Source: Azolla caroliniana
Taxonomy: Eukaryota; Plantae; Polypodiophyta
Assembly (NCBI GenBank): GCA_043228905.1
Contig: JBHGNT010000010.1
Span: forward strand, 14,012,001-14,076,000
Reading direction: 5' to 3'
Length of the DNA: 64,000 nucleotides
The notes beneath the pieces are model-generated. The model was given only the letters and a program-made list of their open reading frames with translations, made no database searches and had not been told where the DNA came from. Shown here piece by piece: positions 27,373-39,167 of the stretch. The position numbers were made by a program, and so were the translations under genes. Positions within the stretch are counted from its first letter, which is position 1; every line of letters begins with the position of its first letter.

Positions 27373-28199
27373 TGTCGTAGTGTAGGTTGCACACTATGTG
27401 GAAATTATATTTTTGTCCCTCCGGATAGAGAATGGAGTGCTCGGTGAGAACCGGAAGAAAACGGCATACCGGCAAGGAAGAAAACGGCATACCGGCAAGG
27501 AGGAAAACGGCATACCGGCAAGGAAGAAAACGGCATACCGGCAAGGAAGAGCCGGATAAAGAGACATAAAAGTAAAAAGAAAGGAAATACTCACTACTGC
27601 ACAGGGCGTGATTTGAACTCTGCACCTCCACGTTGACAAACCCCAACCTTACCATTACATTAACTTATCTTAAGTGCTTTAAATATAGATTTAATATGTA
27701 TAAGACCTTTATTTATGCATACCTTTATTAAAAGGTAAATCGTGTATTTTTTAATATATGAAAAAGACGAGACACTAAAAAATAACTCATGCACATCTAG
27801 CGTGCATGAGCCCTATACTTAGGAAATAAAAAAGCATCACATGCACATTTAGTGGACATGAACACTTTTTGTAAAAAAAAAGCATGAAGCCATGCTTAGC
27901 TCTCCCTTCCTTATATAAGGAGGAGAGAAATATGTAAAGGGTTGTTGATTATTTGGATTAAGTATTAATCAATACAAAATTTATTCGTGGGATTCACGAT
28001 TTATACATCTACGTCTCTCTTAACACCCTAAGTACCAATTAATATAGTATACTCGTGTGATTCACGAGTTTCTTATCTTTCTCTTTGCTATTTACTCATA
28101 ATTAATCTCTATCTCACGAACTTCTTTCTCCTAGTCCAAGACCTCTGTGGTTCCCACCCGACTCACGCAACGATCCGGAGCCGAAAGGCACGACACAGT

Positions 28200-28217
28200 T
28201 GGTGAACCCGACGTGAA
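28200..28217 (+). promoter_or_regulatory. Primer-binding site complementary to the tRNA-Trp 3' end
   Basis: TGGTGAACCCGACGTGAA is the reverse complement of the recalled plant tRNA-Trp(CCA) 3' end ...TTCACGTCGGGTTCACCA. Confidence 0.8.
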
Positions 28218-28232
28218 AACGGGTGGCAAGGA

Positions 28233-30273
28233 GATGGAGGCTCAACAAGCTAACAATATGATGGCGATGTTCGAACGGATGCTTCAAGAACAACGCACGA
28301 TGTCGGAGATTTCGGCATCAGTAGAGCGGCTCGTGCAACGCAACGGGCAATTTAATGGTAAGGATGTGTCGCCATATTTGCAGGACTACAAGGCGGAGAT
28401 GCTCCGGTGCCGGGCTTCGGAAGGACTACAAGTGACATCCTTTAACCGGGTGGCGACCGACGCGCTTCAAGGGAGTATCCACGGGTTGCAACAACAAAAT
28501 CCGACGTGGGAAGCATTCGAAGAGGCGTTAAAGACCACGTTTGCCATCGAGGACTCCTCCAAGGCAACGCGGAGGGGATTCGAGGATTGGGTGGAAACGT
28601 CAGGTAAGGGGCTGAAGGTCCTCGAAGTGTTTTCGACATTCGAAAGTCGGTTCGGGAGGTTGTCCGCGAGAGATCAAACTATTCTTGCACCGGACAAAGT
28701 CATCATGTTTTTGCGAGCTGTGGACGTCCAGGACCGGAAAGATCTCGGAGTGCTTCTTGAGGACACGACCACCGAAAGCGGCCTCACCGAAACATGGGAA
28801 AGCGTGCGGGATATCGTCGCGCGGTACACGAAGAGGGGGCAATGGCTTGCCAACGAAGAAAAGAGGGTTTCGGAACCGATTCCGAAACCGAGAACGGGAT
28901 TGGAAGACCATCAACCGAGGGCTCGGGAGATTACGGCCGAGAAGGGAGTCGACGCGTCTACGGTGGAGCAGCTGCTGAAGGAGATGGAGAATCTAAAGAT
29001 CGCGATGGTGAAGAAGTCGGATGACCGCCCCACAAGCTCCAAATATACGGATCGACGGTGCATATGGTGCGATAGCGCCGAACACGATCGGAGGGATTGC
29101 GACGACCATAAGGAGGCGCTACGACGGGATCTCATCTACTACGAGGGAAACCGGATTCATTCGATGGACTCTCGGAAGCCACTCCGACCGAACTTCCGGA
29201 AAGGTGGCATGAAGAAGGTGCTCGAGGAGGAGTTAGCGGCAAGAAGCAACTATGCGACAACCGCGGGAATATGTGTCGGGGAGTCATCGGGAGCGAAGGC
29301 GTCTTTCTGGCCGGAGGTGCTAGGAAACACCGAGAAAACCGACTCCAACGATATCCGAAACACCGCGGAAGGCATCCGGGAAGCTACGGGATGGGAGTGC
29401 CCTGTCGACAAGAATAGCATATACGCCCTGTGTCAATTACATGAGGTGTATGTGGACGAGAAACGACGGCGCACGGAGGATGTGGCCGGACCATCGAAGA
29501 TACCGGAAAGCTGGAACTCCGGAGGTAAGGGAAAAGAAAAGGCGACTCCGGCATTCAAGCTCGCCTCGGACATAGAACAACAAACCGACTTGAAAAGAGT
29601 GTTCGAGGAAAGAATCTTGGATAGCCGGGTAGATTTTTCGCTGCGGGAACTACTCGGAATAGCGAAGAAGGAGTTTCACGATCTTCTCGTGGATCTCGTG
29701 AAAAGGAAGAGACAAAGTACGGAGGAAAATGCTCCAAGGGTGAATGCAAATACCGTTTCAATGAACGACACCGAAGTGGAAGGCGAAATTCCGAACTCCC
29801 ACTATACAAGGCCACACTGGGCACGTGCGACTACGGAGACTCCGGTCCGAATCGGCAACATCAAAGAACCCGTGCTAGCATTGATTGATCACGGATCGGA
29901 GATCAACTTGATGTCCAAGGAGTTCTACCGAAAGGGGAAGTGGCCTATAAACACCAACCATGGATGGAAGATTCGGGCAGCCACGAAAACGACAGAAGAC
30001 CTATTTGCGGCTTGTCCGGATGTGACGGTAAAGATCGGGGATGTCGAAATTGACCAAAATTTCTTTGTGCAGGATGAGGTTTCACATTCTGTCATCCTCG
30101 GCCAACCCTTTATCACGGCTTCACGGATGGAGACGAAGGTGCTCGATAGTGGTGCGGCTTTTGCGCGAATTCGGAGCCAAAACGGAGGGAAATCCGTCCA
30201 ATTCCTAACGGTGCCGGCAAATCACGAAAGGAACAAGAGGGAACTCTTGTCCCAAGTGAGAATGGATTTTTAA
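28233..30273 (+). CDS. ORF1: gag (CxxCxxxxHxxxxC knuckle) plus aspartic protease
   Basis: Open frame 28147-30273, first ATG after the PBS at 28233; FNGKDVSPYL, CIWCDSAEHDRRDC, LIDHGSEINLM, VILGQPF. Confidence 0.9.
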
Positions 30274-33200
30274 AGCGGACTGTTGCGGAGTGGGGAAGTG
30301 ATAGTCCGAGAAACCCTGATACCCCACACAGGAAGAAAACTCTCGGAGCAAAACAAGTACGAATCGGCCCGGATGGGGCATCTACGTACACGGCCGTAAC
30401 CGAAGGAATGAAGAAACAATACCGACAAGTGGAGGATAAGTTACGGTCGGCATCAATAATAAAAGAAGACGAAGAAATCGTGGGAGTGATCGAGGAAGTG
30501 TTCTATGGGAATACACTACAACGGCTTGAAGAGCTTGCGGAAGATAAAAGCCAAGGGAACCGGGTAGTCCCGGTGGAATCGGTCGAGATGTACGAGATCG
30601 TTGCGAAAATGGGGCCGGATGCGCTCCGCAAAGAAGAAGCAATGGTAAGTACGAAATACAAGACCGTGGAGAAGAAGGTGAAACCGGCCGCGGGACCACT
30701 ACCCGCCGATAGCGAACAAAAGAGGAAAGAAGTCTCGGGAGATCCGACACTTCGGAAGACCGTGGATATCGGACATGCCTTCACAGATGAGACCCGGAAG
30801 AAACTTCGGATCGGTGGAGGTGGGTTCCTCTTACAAGAAGAAGAAAAACGGTTTCGAGAGATGTTGGAGCAACACGGCAAAGCATTCGCGTTCACATCGA
30901 GGGAGATCGGATGCATTGATCCAAAGATAGTGGAGCCGATGGTGATCTTCACGATTGATCATGTACCGTGGAACCTGAAGCCGATTCCGGTGCCACGGGC
31001 GCATATTCCGAAAGTCATCGACTTGCTCAAGGAGAAGGTGGCGATGGGGATTCTAGAGCCATCAAGTGCTCCGTACTCAAATCGATGGTTTACGGTTCCG
31101 AAGAAGAATGGGTCACTCCGATTCATCCAAGACTTGCAACCGGTGAACAAGGTCACGATCCGGAACTCGGGAGTCGGTCCGATAGTGGACGAATTCGCGG
31201 AAGCTTTTGCCGGACGTGCGATATACTCCATCGGGGACCTATACTCGGGGTATGATCAATTCCAACTAGCCGTGGAGAGCCAAGACATCACTACCATGCG
31301 GACACCGATAGGACTAGTTCGAATGTGCACACTACCACAAGGAGCGACAAACTCGGTTGCACATATGATGAACGCGATGAACAAGGTGCTTCGAGATTGC
31401 ATTCCGGAGATAACGATGCCGTTTCTAGATGACATTCCGATGAAAGGATGCGCGGTGGAAGAAAAAGATGAGACTATGGATGATCGGGGATGCCGAAAGT
31501 TCGTGGTCGACCATATTCATGATTGCGAGAAAGTGTTGCGAAAGCTAGAAGATGTGCACCTAACACTTTCCGGGGAGAAATCGGCATTCGGGCAAGAAGA
31601 AATATTGGTGGTCGGACATCTATGTGGACCCTACGGCCGAAGACCGTCACCAACAAAGATCGATGCGATTCAAGCTATGAAGGAAGTATGTGAGTCAACA
31701 TCGGAAGTCCGAAGGTTTCTGGGTGCGTGTGCATTCTATCACATATGGATTCCGCACTATGCACATATAGCGGACCCGCTCTATCACTTGTTGCGGAAAG
31801 GTAAGAAATTCGAGTGGAAATCGGAACACACTAAAGCCATGAGGAAGCTCAAGAAGACACTATGGAGGGCGGAATCACTTAAGAAGCCAAGCTATGAGCG
31901 GCCAATCATAGTAACGGTTGATACAAGTCCAACCGGTATCGGGTGGGTCATCAATCAAGCCGACTCGGATGGTTCGCGGTATCCGATCCGATTTGGAGCA
32001 AAGGTCCTCAATGAAAGGCAACGCGGATATGCACAAGTCAAAAGAGAATTGTGGGGAGTCGTGTCGGCGATAAAATCGGATCGGGATTATTTGATCGGAG
32101 CTGAAGTGGTGATCGAGACGGATTGTCTTCCGATACTCGGGATGATGCGGTGTTGTACGATACCGGATGTGGCTATGCTAAGGTGGATTGCATATGTCAA
32201 GTCACTTAATCCGGAGGTTCGACACATCTCGGGGAAGGACAACGCGGTAGCGGACATGTTATCGAGGGCGCGGTTTGAAGACGACATAACCGAATCAGAT
32301 AATGAAGAAGTTTCCGAAGACTACTTCACGTCAGAACACATATGCCGAGTGAACGTGATCCGAGAATTCCGGGAAGAAGAATACGAAGGGGAAACCTTGA
32401 TGATCGGGAAGATGCTACAAGAGGTCGAGGATTCAACCAATAATAAAGAAAGGAGAGCCGAGATCCGAAGGAAGAAGAGGCAAGTCCAAAAGTTCTTCTT
32501 GGAAAACGGTTTAATATGGAGGACGCCGAAAAGACCGGATGGGATACCACTTCGAGTAGTCGGGACGAAAGAGCAACGAAACCGGATAATGTCCGAGTTC
32601 CACGAATCCGATTGGGCTGGACATCGAGGAACATGGGCAACTTTTGTGAAAATCAAGCAAAGATATTGGTGGAAGAACATGTATAAAGATGTCGCGGAGT
32701 TCACAGAAAGCTGCGAGAAATGTCAAGTCTACTCCGGGGTCCGACACCGAGATGAGCTGCATCCGACATTCTCACCGACAATCAACTTTAAGTGGATGGT
32801 CGACATTGTAGCTATGCCGACCGGGATTGGACAAAAGAAATACTTGGTGTTAGCTCGAGAAGATCTCACAAACCAAGTTGAAGGTCGAGCGCTTCGGAGG
32901 AAAACGTGTGCCGCGGTGTGCCAATTTCTTTTGGAAGAAGTGTTTTGTAGGTACGGCTGCGTAGGACAAGTGATTGCGGACCGGGGAGAACTCGACTCGG
33001 ACAAAGCTAGGGGATTCTTCGCCAAACATGGAGTTCGGTTAACGTTGACAACGGCCTACAATCCGGAGGCCAACGGGAAGATCGAACGAGGACATAGTCC
33101 GATCGTGAAAGCACTTGCGAAGGCATGCGACGGAAGGGTGAAGGATTGGCCACAAATGCTTCCGTATGCACTATGGGCGGATCGGACGACGCATAGCTCC

Positions 33201-33875
33201 GTGACCGGTTACATGCCGGCAGAACTCATGACCGGACAAGCACCGGTAATGCCAACGGAAACCGCAATCGCGACATGGACAATACTACCGTGGAAGGAAG
33301 AGATGAGCCGGGAAGAACTACTAGCAGTCCGGATACGACAACTGGAGGGAAGACCGAAAGATGTAGCGGAAGCGTCACGCCGACAACAAGAAGCACGGTT
33401 CCGGAACAAAAGCCGGTTCGACACAAAGCACCGACTACGACCGAGGAGGATTGAAGAAGGAGATTGGGTGATCGTCTATGATAGTAGCTTGGACCATCAA
33501 CATACAACGATGCGGAAATTCGCGAAAAGGTGGTTCGGGCCGTACGAGGTTCGGAAGGTCTTCGACAACGGGACGTACCGACTGTCCGAGTTGGATGGAA
33601 CAATACTACGAGTGCCTATAGCCGGGAAGCGGGTGAAGATTTTCAAGAAGCGGACCAACGACAAACCTTATGTGATCCAAGTCGAGGCCGACAACGAGGA
33701 GCAATCGGACGAAGACCACAATGATGCGGGAAGCGAAGAAAGTGGATTACAACTCATAGTCGACATAAGGGGAGAATCGGAGGAAGCTTCGGATGAAGAC
33801 GGATACGAAGAATCAAGAACTTCGGCACATACCGGAGGATGTGCGGGTTTGGAGGGGGCGAGTGTCGTAGTGTAG
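30264..33875 (+). CDS. ORF2: pol (RT-RNase H-integrase), in the -1 frame and open from the slippery site at 30264 (first ATG 30408)
   Basis: GDLYSGYDQ, LPQGATNS, PFLDDIP, VDTSPTGIG, H..GHRG..CEKC, IADRGE, EANGKIER, WFGPY; no chromodomain. Confidence 0.93.
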   Translation, partial: GFLKRTVAEWGSDSPRNPDTPHRKKTLGAKQVRIGPDGASTYTAVTEGMKKQYRQVEDKLRSASIIKEDEEIVGVIEEVFYGNTLQRLEELAEDKSQGNRVVPVESVEMYEIVAKMGPDALRKEEAMVSTKYKTVEKKVKPAAGPLPADSEQKRKEVSGDPTLRKTVDIGHAFTDETRKKLRIGGGGFLLQEEEKRFREMLEQHGKAFAFTSREIGCIDPKIVEPMVIFTIDHVPWNLKPIPVPRAHIPKVIDLLKEKVAMGILEPSSAPYSNRWFTVPKKNGSLRFIQDLQPVNKVTIRNSGVGPIVDEFAEAFAGRAIYSIGDLYSGYDQFQLAVESQDITTMRTPIGLVRMCTLPQGATNSVAHMMNAMNKVLRDCIPEITMPFLDDIPMKGCAVEEKDETMDDRGCRKFVVDHIHDCEKVLRKLEDVHLTLSGEKSAFGQEEILVVGHLCGPYGRRPSPTKIDAIQAMKEVCESTSEVRRFLGACAFYHIWIPHYAHIADPLYHLLRKGKKFEWKSEHTKAMRKLKKTLWRAESLKKPSYERPIIVTVDTSPTGIGWVINQADSDGSRYPIRFGAKVLNERQRGYAQVKRELWGVVSAIKSDRDYLIGAEVVIETDCLPILGMMRCCTIPDVAMLRWIAYVKSLNPEVRHISGKDNAVADMLSRARFEDDITESDNEEVSEDYFTSEHICRVNVIREFREEEYEGETLMIGKMLQEVEDSTNNKERRAEIRRKKRQVQKFFLENGLIWRTPKRPDGIPLRVVGTKEQRNRIMSEFHESDWAGHRGTWATFVKIKQRYWWKNMYKDVAEFTESCEKCQVYSGVRHRDELHPTFSPTINFKWMVDIVAMPTGIGQKKYLVLAREDLTNQVEGRALRRKTCAAVCQFLLEEVFCRYGCVGQVIADRGELDSDKARGFFAKHGVRLTLTTAYNPEANGKIERGHSPIVKALAKACDGRVKDWPQMLPYALWADRTTHSSVTGYMPAELMTGQAPVMPTETAIATWTILPWKEEMSREELLAVRIRQLEGRPKDVAEASRRQQEARFRNKSRFDTKHRLRPRRIEEGDWVIVYDSSLDHQHTTMRKFAKRWFGPYEVRKVFDNGTYRLSELDGTILRVPIAGKRVKIFKKRTNDKPYVIQVEADNEEQSDEDHNDAGSEESGLQLIVDIRGESEEASDEDGYEESRTSAHTGGCAGLEGASVVV

Positions 33876-34691
33876 GTTGCACACTATGTGGAAATTATAT
33901 TTTTGTCCCTCCGGATAGAGAATGGAGTGCTCGGTGAGAACCGGAAGAAAACGGCATACCGGCAAGGAGGAAAACGGCATACCGGCAAGGAGGAAAAACG
34001 GCATACCGGCAAGGAAGAAAACGGCATACCGGCAAGGAAGAGCCGGATAAAGAGACATAAAAGTAAAAAGAAAGGAAATACTCACTACTGCGCAGGGCGT
34101 GATTTGAACTCTGCACCTCCACGTTGACAAACCCCAACCTTACCATTACATTAACTTATCTTAAGTGCTTTAAATATAGATTTAATATGTATAAGACCTT
34201 TATTTATGCATACCTTTATTAAAAGGTAAATCGTGTATTTTTTAATATATGAAAAAGACGAGACACTAAAAAATAACTCATGCACATCTAGCGTGCATGA
34301 GCCCTATACTTAGGAAATAAAAAAAGCATCACATGCACATTTAGTGGACATGAACACTTTTTGTAAAAAAAAAGCATGAAGCCATGCTTAGCTCTTCCTT
34401 CCTTATATAAGGAGGAGAGAAATATGTAAAGGGTTGTTGATTATTTGGATTAAGTATTAATCAATACAAAATTTATTCGTGGGATTCACGATTTATACAT
34501 CTACGTCTCTCTTAACACCCTAAGTACCAATTAATATAGTATACTCGTGTGATTCACGAGTTTCTTATCTTTCTCTTTGCTATTTACTCATAATTAATCT
34601 CTATCTCACGAACTTCTTTCTCCTAGTCCAAGACCTCTGTGGTTCCCACCCGACTCACGCAACGATCCGGAGCCGAAAGGCACGACAGCGC

Positions 34692-35067
34692 TAAGTTAGC
34701 CCCACGATATTGTGGCCCATTTGAAATCCTTAAGCGAGTTGGGTCATCTGCTTATCACCTTGCCTTACCTCGTAACGTTGGTATTCATCCTGTTTTTCAC
34801 GTCAGTCGTCTAAAACCATTTTTAGGCTCTGGTGATAACACCATCACAATCCAAGATCTTGTAACATTAGAGGATTTTTCTTACAAACCTCATGTTCCTG
34901 AACGAATTCTTGATTCTCGTAGTAAACGTTTACGCTCTAAAGAGATTCGGCTATTCAAGATCAAATGGATGGATAAACCTATTGATGATGCCACATGGGA
35001 ACGCGAGCATTCGCTTAAGGCACAATTTCCTCACTTTATATTGCAAGAGTGCAATCTTTTGAAGTAG
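34692..35067 (+). pseudogene. C-terminal integrase (GPF) and chromodomain of the 21121-35548 chromovirus
   Basis: KLAPRYCGPFEIL...IHPVFHVSRLK...PERILDSR...FKIKWMDKPIDDATWE; resumes exactly after the GCGC TSD. Confidence 0.92.
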
Positions 35068-36034
35068 GGGAGTATGTTATGTACACAAAACGTTGGTGAG
35101 GGTAGGTCACTAATATTTACATTAGTGAAGGGTATGTTCACTATTATTAAAAAGGGGACTAATGATTGGATAGAATGAATGATATGTGCATGCACTATCA
35201 TGATTTAGACAACCAATGAATAGAGAGCCTTTTAGAAAGGCACATCTATTCAAGGGGCCTAGGAAAAGGTATAAATATGAGGCTTAGCTACCCTCATAGG
35301 GATCATCACGTCGGAAGGCTGCTGTCGTAGACACCGGTGGTGCGGGCTAGGCTTTCGTCTCGACGATCGTGTTTATCTCTTCCAAGGTATTAGTCATCCT
35401 AATATCCGGCGGTATGGGACGTCGGTGGTAGGTTGGCTATGTCTAGATCATAGCTCGGGGGTGGTCGGGTGGAACGGGTTCTTCTATCCAATCTATTTTC
35501 TTCCTTTTTACTTGATTTGGTCTATTGATTAGTAATAGACTCTTAACAAGGAGGTACAAGCTCAAGCGGTGAAAACGACAAAAGCTAAAAGGGCTACAGA
35601 GCTAGCCGAATCAAAAAATGACCGCCTTAGATCAGAACTCCATCAATCTTCAGATAGAGAGGCCAACATCCGAGTAAAAGGATGCAAAGCGTTCAAGTAC
35701 ATTCAGGACAAGCTCGACGCAGAAATTGGAGCACATGGCTGAATAAAAGAAGAGAGGGACAAGCTCCACGAAGAAGGGAGCAAGAAGGAAAATACTATTA
35801 CGGCGTTACACGAAGGCATAGAAAAAGCAAGTGTGGTATGACGAATAGCTCGAGAACGAGCGCCAACTCAAGCATGATGTCAAAATTCGCCTCAACAAGG
35901 AGATGGGCCGACTAGAGGAGCTCCATGAGAAGGAGTCAAAAATCTAGTCACAAATGAAAACACTTTATGAAGAAGTAGTGACGATCAACAAGAGGAAAAT
36001 TGAGAACCTCAAGAAGGCTCTGGAGGACTCACAG

Positions 36035-36962
36035 GTTTCCATCCTCGCTTCAGTATTTCTATCTGTGGCAACTCTGTCAACCTGTCAGCGGAAGGAAGTG
36101 CTCGTATTTTAGCCGACATTCATCAATACCTCTCCCTCGAACTCATCCTTGCAAGGAACCGGTATAAAGCGCAAGCTGATCGACGTCGTTCCACAACACC
36201 CACCTTTGCAGTTGGTGATCAAGTTTAGCTCTTACGTCGCCATGTCGATACTATTCGACCTTGCAGAAAGTTGGATTACAAGAACTTGGGGCCTTCCCAT
36301 ATCATTCAGTGTGTCAATTCCCATCACTTTCCGGCCGGAACTTCCTCCACATTTCCGTATTCATAATGTCTTCCATGCCTCTCTTCTCAAACTTTATCAT
36401 CCATCCACTATTCCTAGAAGACACTCTCCACCTCCGCCTCCACCTCCAATTGAGCTTTCTACAGGTGAGGAGTATGAGGTGGACAAGATTCTGGACTCTC
36501 ATTGGCATCAACGACAACTTCAATACTTAGTCCTATGGAAAGGGTATCCCATTTCATAGGCAACTTGGGAACCAGCCCAACACTTGGAGAATGCACTGGA
36601 TGTTGTTCATGCTTTCCATCACCAATATCCACAAAAACTGAGGAGGCATCTTCGGAAGCGGCCTTAGCAAGGGGGATAATGTCATGGACATGACAACATT
36701 CATGTCATGGTTCGAACTCTTGACCTACTGTATTTAATCAATATGTTTTAACCAATACATCCAATACATAATCATGTTACCTTACTGATTATTGTAGATT
36801 ATCTATTCTACATGTAGGATTTTAGAAGCTTCAAGAACACTCCAGAAGCTAGAACATTCTAGAAGCTTGTGCATGAAAATGAGTCTTTGCATGGGGCTAC
36901 ATTTAGAGCCCATAAACATGTATAAATATAGGGGTTCACCTTGGGCTTAGTCAAGGTGAACA
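36035..36962 (+). mobile_element. Tcn1/sushi-like chromovirus fragment (integrase C-terminus, chromodomain, partial 3' LTR from 36680)
   Basis: IHNVFHASLLK...EEYEVDKILDS...YLVLWKGYP; PPT GCAAGGGGGATAA; LTR starts TGTCATGG. Confidence 0.8.
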
Positions 36963-37336
36963 ATAGGGGGGACTGGGAAAATCGGCGTAACGAAAAGGGT
37001 TTTACAAGCTAAGCGAAGAGGTCGCTATGATTCATGAAGACCTTACGCAGGATTACCAGTCCTTAGCCTACCGCCACATTGAAGAACTAGCATAGCTATT
37101 AGAGGACTTCGGTGAAAGTCAAGAAGACACATCCCGCTACCTACACGACATCGGAAGCGAACAGCAAAGGGCGGAAGAGGCGAAGAAGGCGAAGACCATC
37201 AGCCTGCCGGATAGCGATTTCGCGGAACAACATTGGAGTCCGAACGAACAAGAGGAAGCCCTGGAGGTCCCTACGGTGGCAACACCAAACGATATCCCCC
37301 CTTCTCCTGAAGGAACTAGAAGCAAATCCACGCCAG

Positions 37337-37708
37337 ACACCTGCGCACCGCAACCACCAGAGCTACAAAGAGACTCTAACCATACTTCCGTAGGCGCACA
37401 AGAAGAAATCCGGACGGAACCACTAGGGGAGTCACTACAGGAGGATATGATGGCCGACCCATAGGAGGGAGACACACCGGTTGCGGAGACCACGGCATCG
37501 ATGGCCAACCAACAAGCAGATCCACGTCGGACACATGCGCACCGCAACCACCAGAGCTACAAAGAGACCCCGACCATACTTCCGCAGGCGCACAGGAAGA
37601 AATCCGGACAGAACCACTGGGGGAGTCACTATGGGAGGATATGATGGCCGACCCATATGAGGGAGACACACCGGATGCGGAGACCACGGCGTTGATGGCC
37701 AACCAACA
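37337..37708. repeat. About 195-bp tandem duplication in the extra-ORF region
   Basis: GCGCACCGCAACCACCAGAGCTACAAAGAGAC...ATGGCCAACCAACA occurs twice (about 37337 and 37531). Confidence 0.85.
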
Positions 37709-38395
37709 TGAGGGGGATGCACCAACGGCAGAAACCACGGTGCTGGAACCATCGGCCAACCCCGAAAATGGCGAATCCACGCCCCTGACGACACCACCTG
37801 TTACGATAAGCAACGACGAGCGCCCGGAACCGAATATCCTCTATATTTTTTACGACGAGGAGGATGGGTCCGACGTGCCATGGCATTGTCTCACAGGCAT
37901 GCTAGGTGTTGTCCGCCCTAGTGAGAAACGAGGCGAAGACTAAGGGAGGACTAGTGGTTAGGCGTATTATTATAAACGAAGCGTTAAAGTAATGCATGTA
38001 ACGGTTCACGCATGAAGCGTAACCGACTATGCCTTGCATATATAAAGAGCATAGGAACATTGTAAGAACTTGCATAGTTTTATAGCATAACCAGTCTAAT
38101 ATAGTTATACTGTCTTTTCTAATCTCAGTGTTGATTGCTCTCTCTCTCTTTGTTCGTTCGTAAGCGTATCCTCTATTAGGGCAAGTAGTGTATCTCTGTA
38201 CAGTGACGCACAATAGGAAGGAGCTCGGTTGTAGCCGTCTCTGGTTAATGCCTTACCTTCGCGGACACTTAGTGACGCTTTACCCTTGTACTACGTTGAG
38301 GCTAGACCTACTATGCTAATCCATTTCCTGTACCACAACCTCCTTGAGCCATACCCCAAAGGACTGTGGGTAGGACGTGTTCCTAATCAGTAACA

Positions 38396-38596
38396 CTAAG
38401 TCATATTTATACTTATATGACTTTAGGACTATTTACAAATATGGCCATGACAGGCACTCTAGAAACATATTTACAGATATGTTCCTGGATCCAGTTCACA
38501 CCGGATCCATCCGGTTTGGTTCCTTCCTTCGGCTCGTCCGATCCGGCTCCTCCGGTTCTCATTCGAATCCCATCCGGAGGGACAAAATTTCCAACA
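38396..38596 (-). mobile_element. Partial copia LTR (5' part), related to the 55212/61292 LTR families
   Basis: Minus-strand start TGTTGGAAATTTTGTCCCTCCGGATGG; shares CTAAGTCATATTTATAC...CTATTTACAAATAT with 55630-55680. Confidence 0.7.
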
Positions 38597-39167
38597 AAGT
38601 CATACCCGTAACTCGGGTTGATGTATAGTAGAATTGTAATAGCTATCTTGATCGTGGAGACTGTGGACTACAACCAACCCGTTATGTACTTAACACACAC
38701 ATAGAGTACGCAGACTCACACAGATACGCTCGACACAGATCAGAGTTTGGGACATAGAAATTAGGCAAACAGATCTATATTCCCGAATTCTTCATACAAG
38801 ATTACGATTAAGATTTTTTACAAGTTTTCCATGCCCTTTATATAGGGTCATGGGCAGTTACACTCGGTGCATGAACCGTTACCCCTCATGAATGTTTTGA
38901 CTGTTACGCCTTCTTAGCTATGCTTCGGCCCCACCCTTCTTCTTCGCTCACCATAACCGTCCGAGGTGGCCAATAATTTATGCTCTTTTAGCTATATTTT
39001 TTTTCCCTTCCATAATGCCAATATATGCATTGTTACATAAGCATGTCAAAGAAGATGGCATGGAATGAGGATAACCTTTCATGGTTAGTGCTTAGATGGT
39101 GATCCGTCTTCGAAGATGGTTTGAAAACACATATGCTCCACACTAACATACATACAAACATACATAC

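Larger units (their letters stand above)
27373..34687 (+). mobile_element. Intact non-chromovirus Ty3/gypsy element (fungal-like/DUF4100-type gag), potentially active
   Basis: LTRs 27373-28195 and 33863-34687 are near-identical with TGTCGT...ACGACA ends; 4-bp TSD GCGC; PBS at 28200; PPT GGAGGGGGCGAG; two uninterrupted ORFs. Confidence 0.97.
21121..35548 (+). mobile_element. Ty3/gypsy chromovirus, full-length and young, interrupted by the 27373-34687 element
   Basis: Near-identical 474-bp LTRs 21121-21594 and 35075-35548; TSD AGGAG; PBS TGGTATCAGAGC 21596-21607; PPT GAAGTAGGGGAG. Confidence 0.96.
16939..38395 (+). mobile_element. Old 5'-truncated non-chromovirus (Athila/Selgy-like) gypsy element with extra 3' ORF region; host to three nested insertions
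   Basis: Decayed RNase H/integrase at 16945-18750; extra-ORF remnants at 18930-21120, 35549-36030 and 36965-37940; PPT AAGGGAGGACTAG; putative 3' LTR 37955-38395 (TGGTTA...TAACA). Joining these pieces into one element is partly inferred. Confidence 0.6.

Noticed and set aside
34639-34691. ORF start MVPTRLTQRSGAERHD shared with 28147
   Set aside because: It is LTR sequence read in frame from a GTG codon and is not a genuine N-terminus.
38597-38985. Another LTR remnant (TATA-like CCCTTTATATAGGG)
   Set aside because: No termini, TSD or second copy could be identified.
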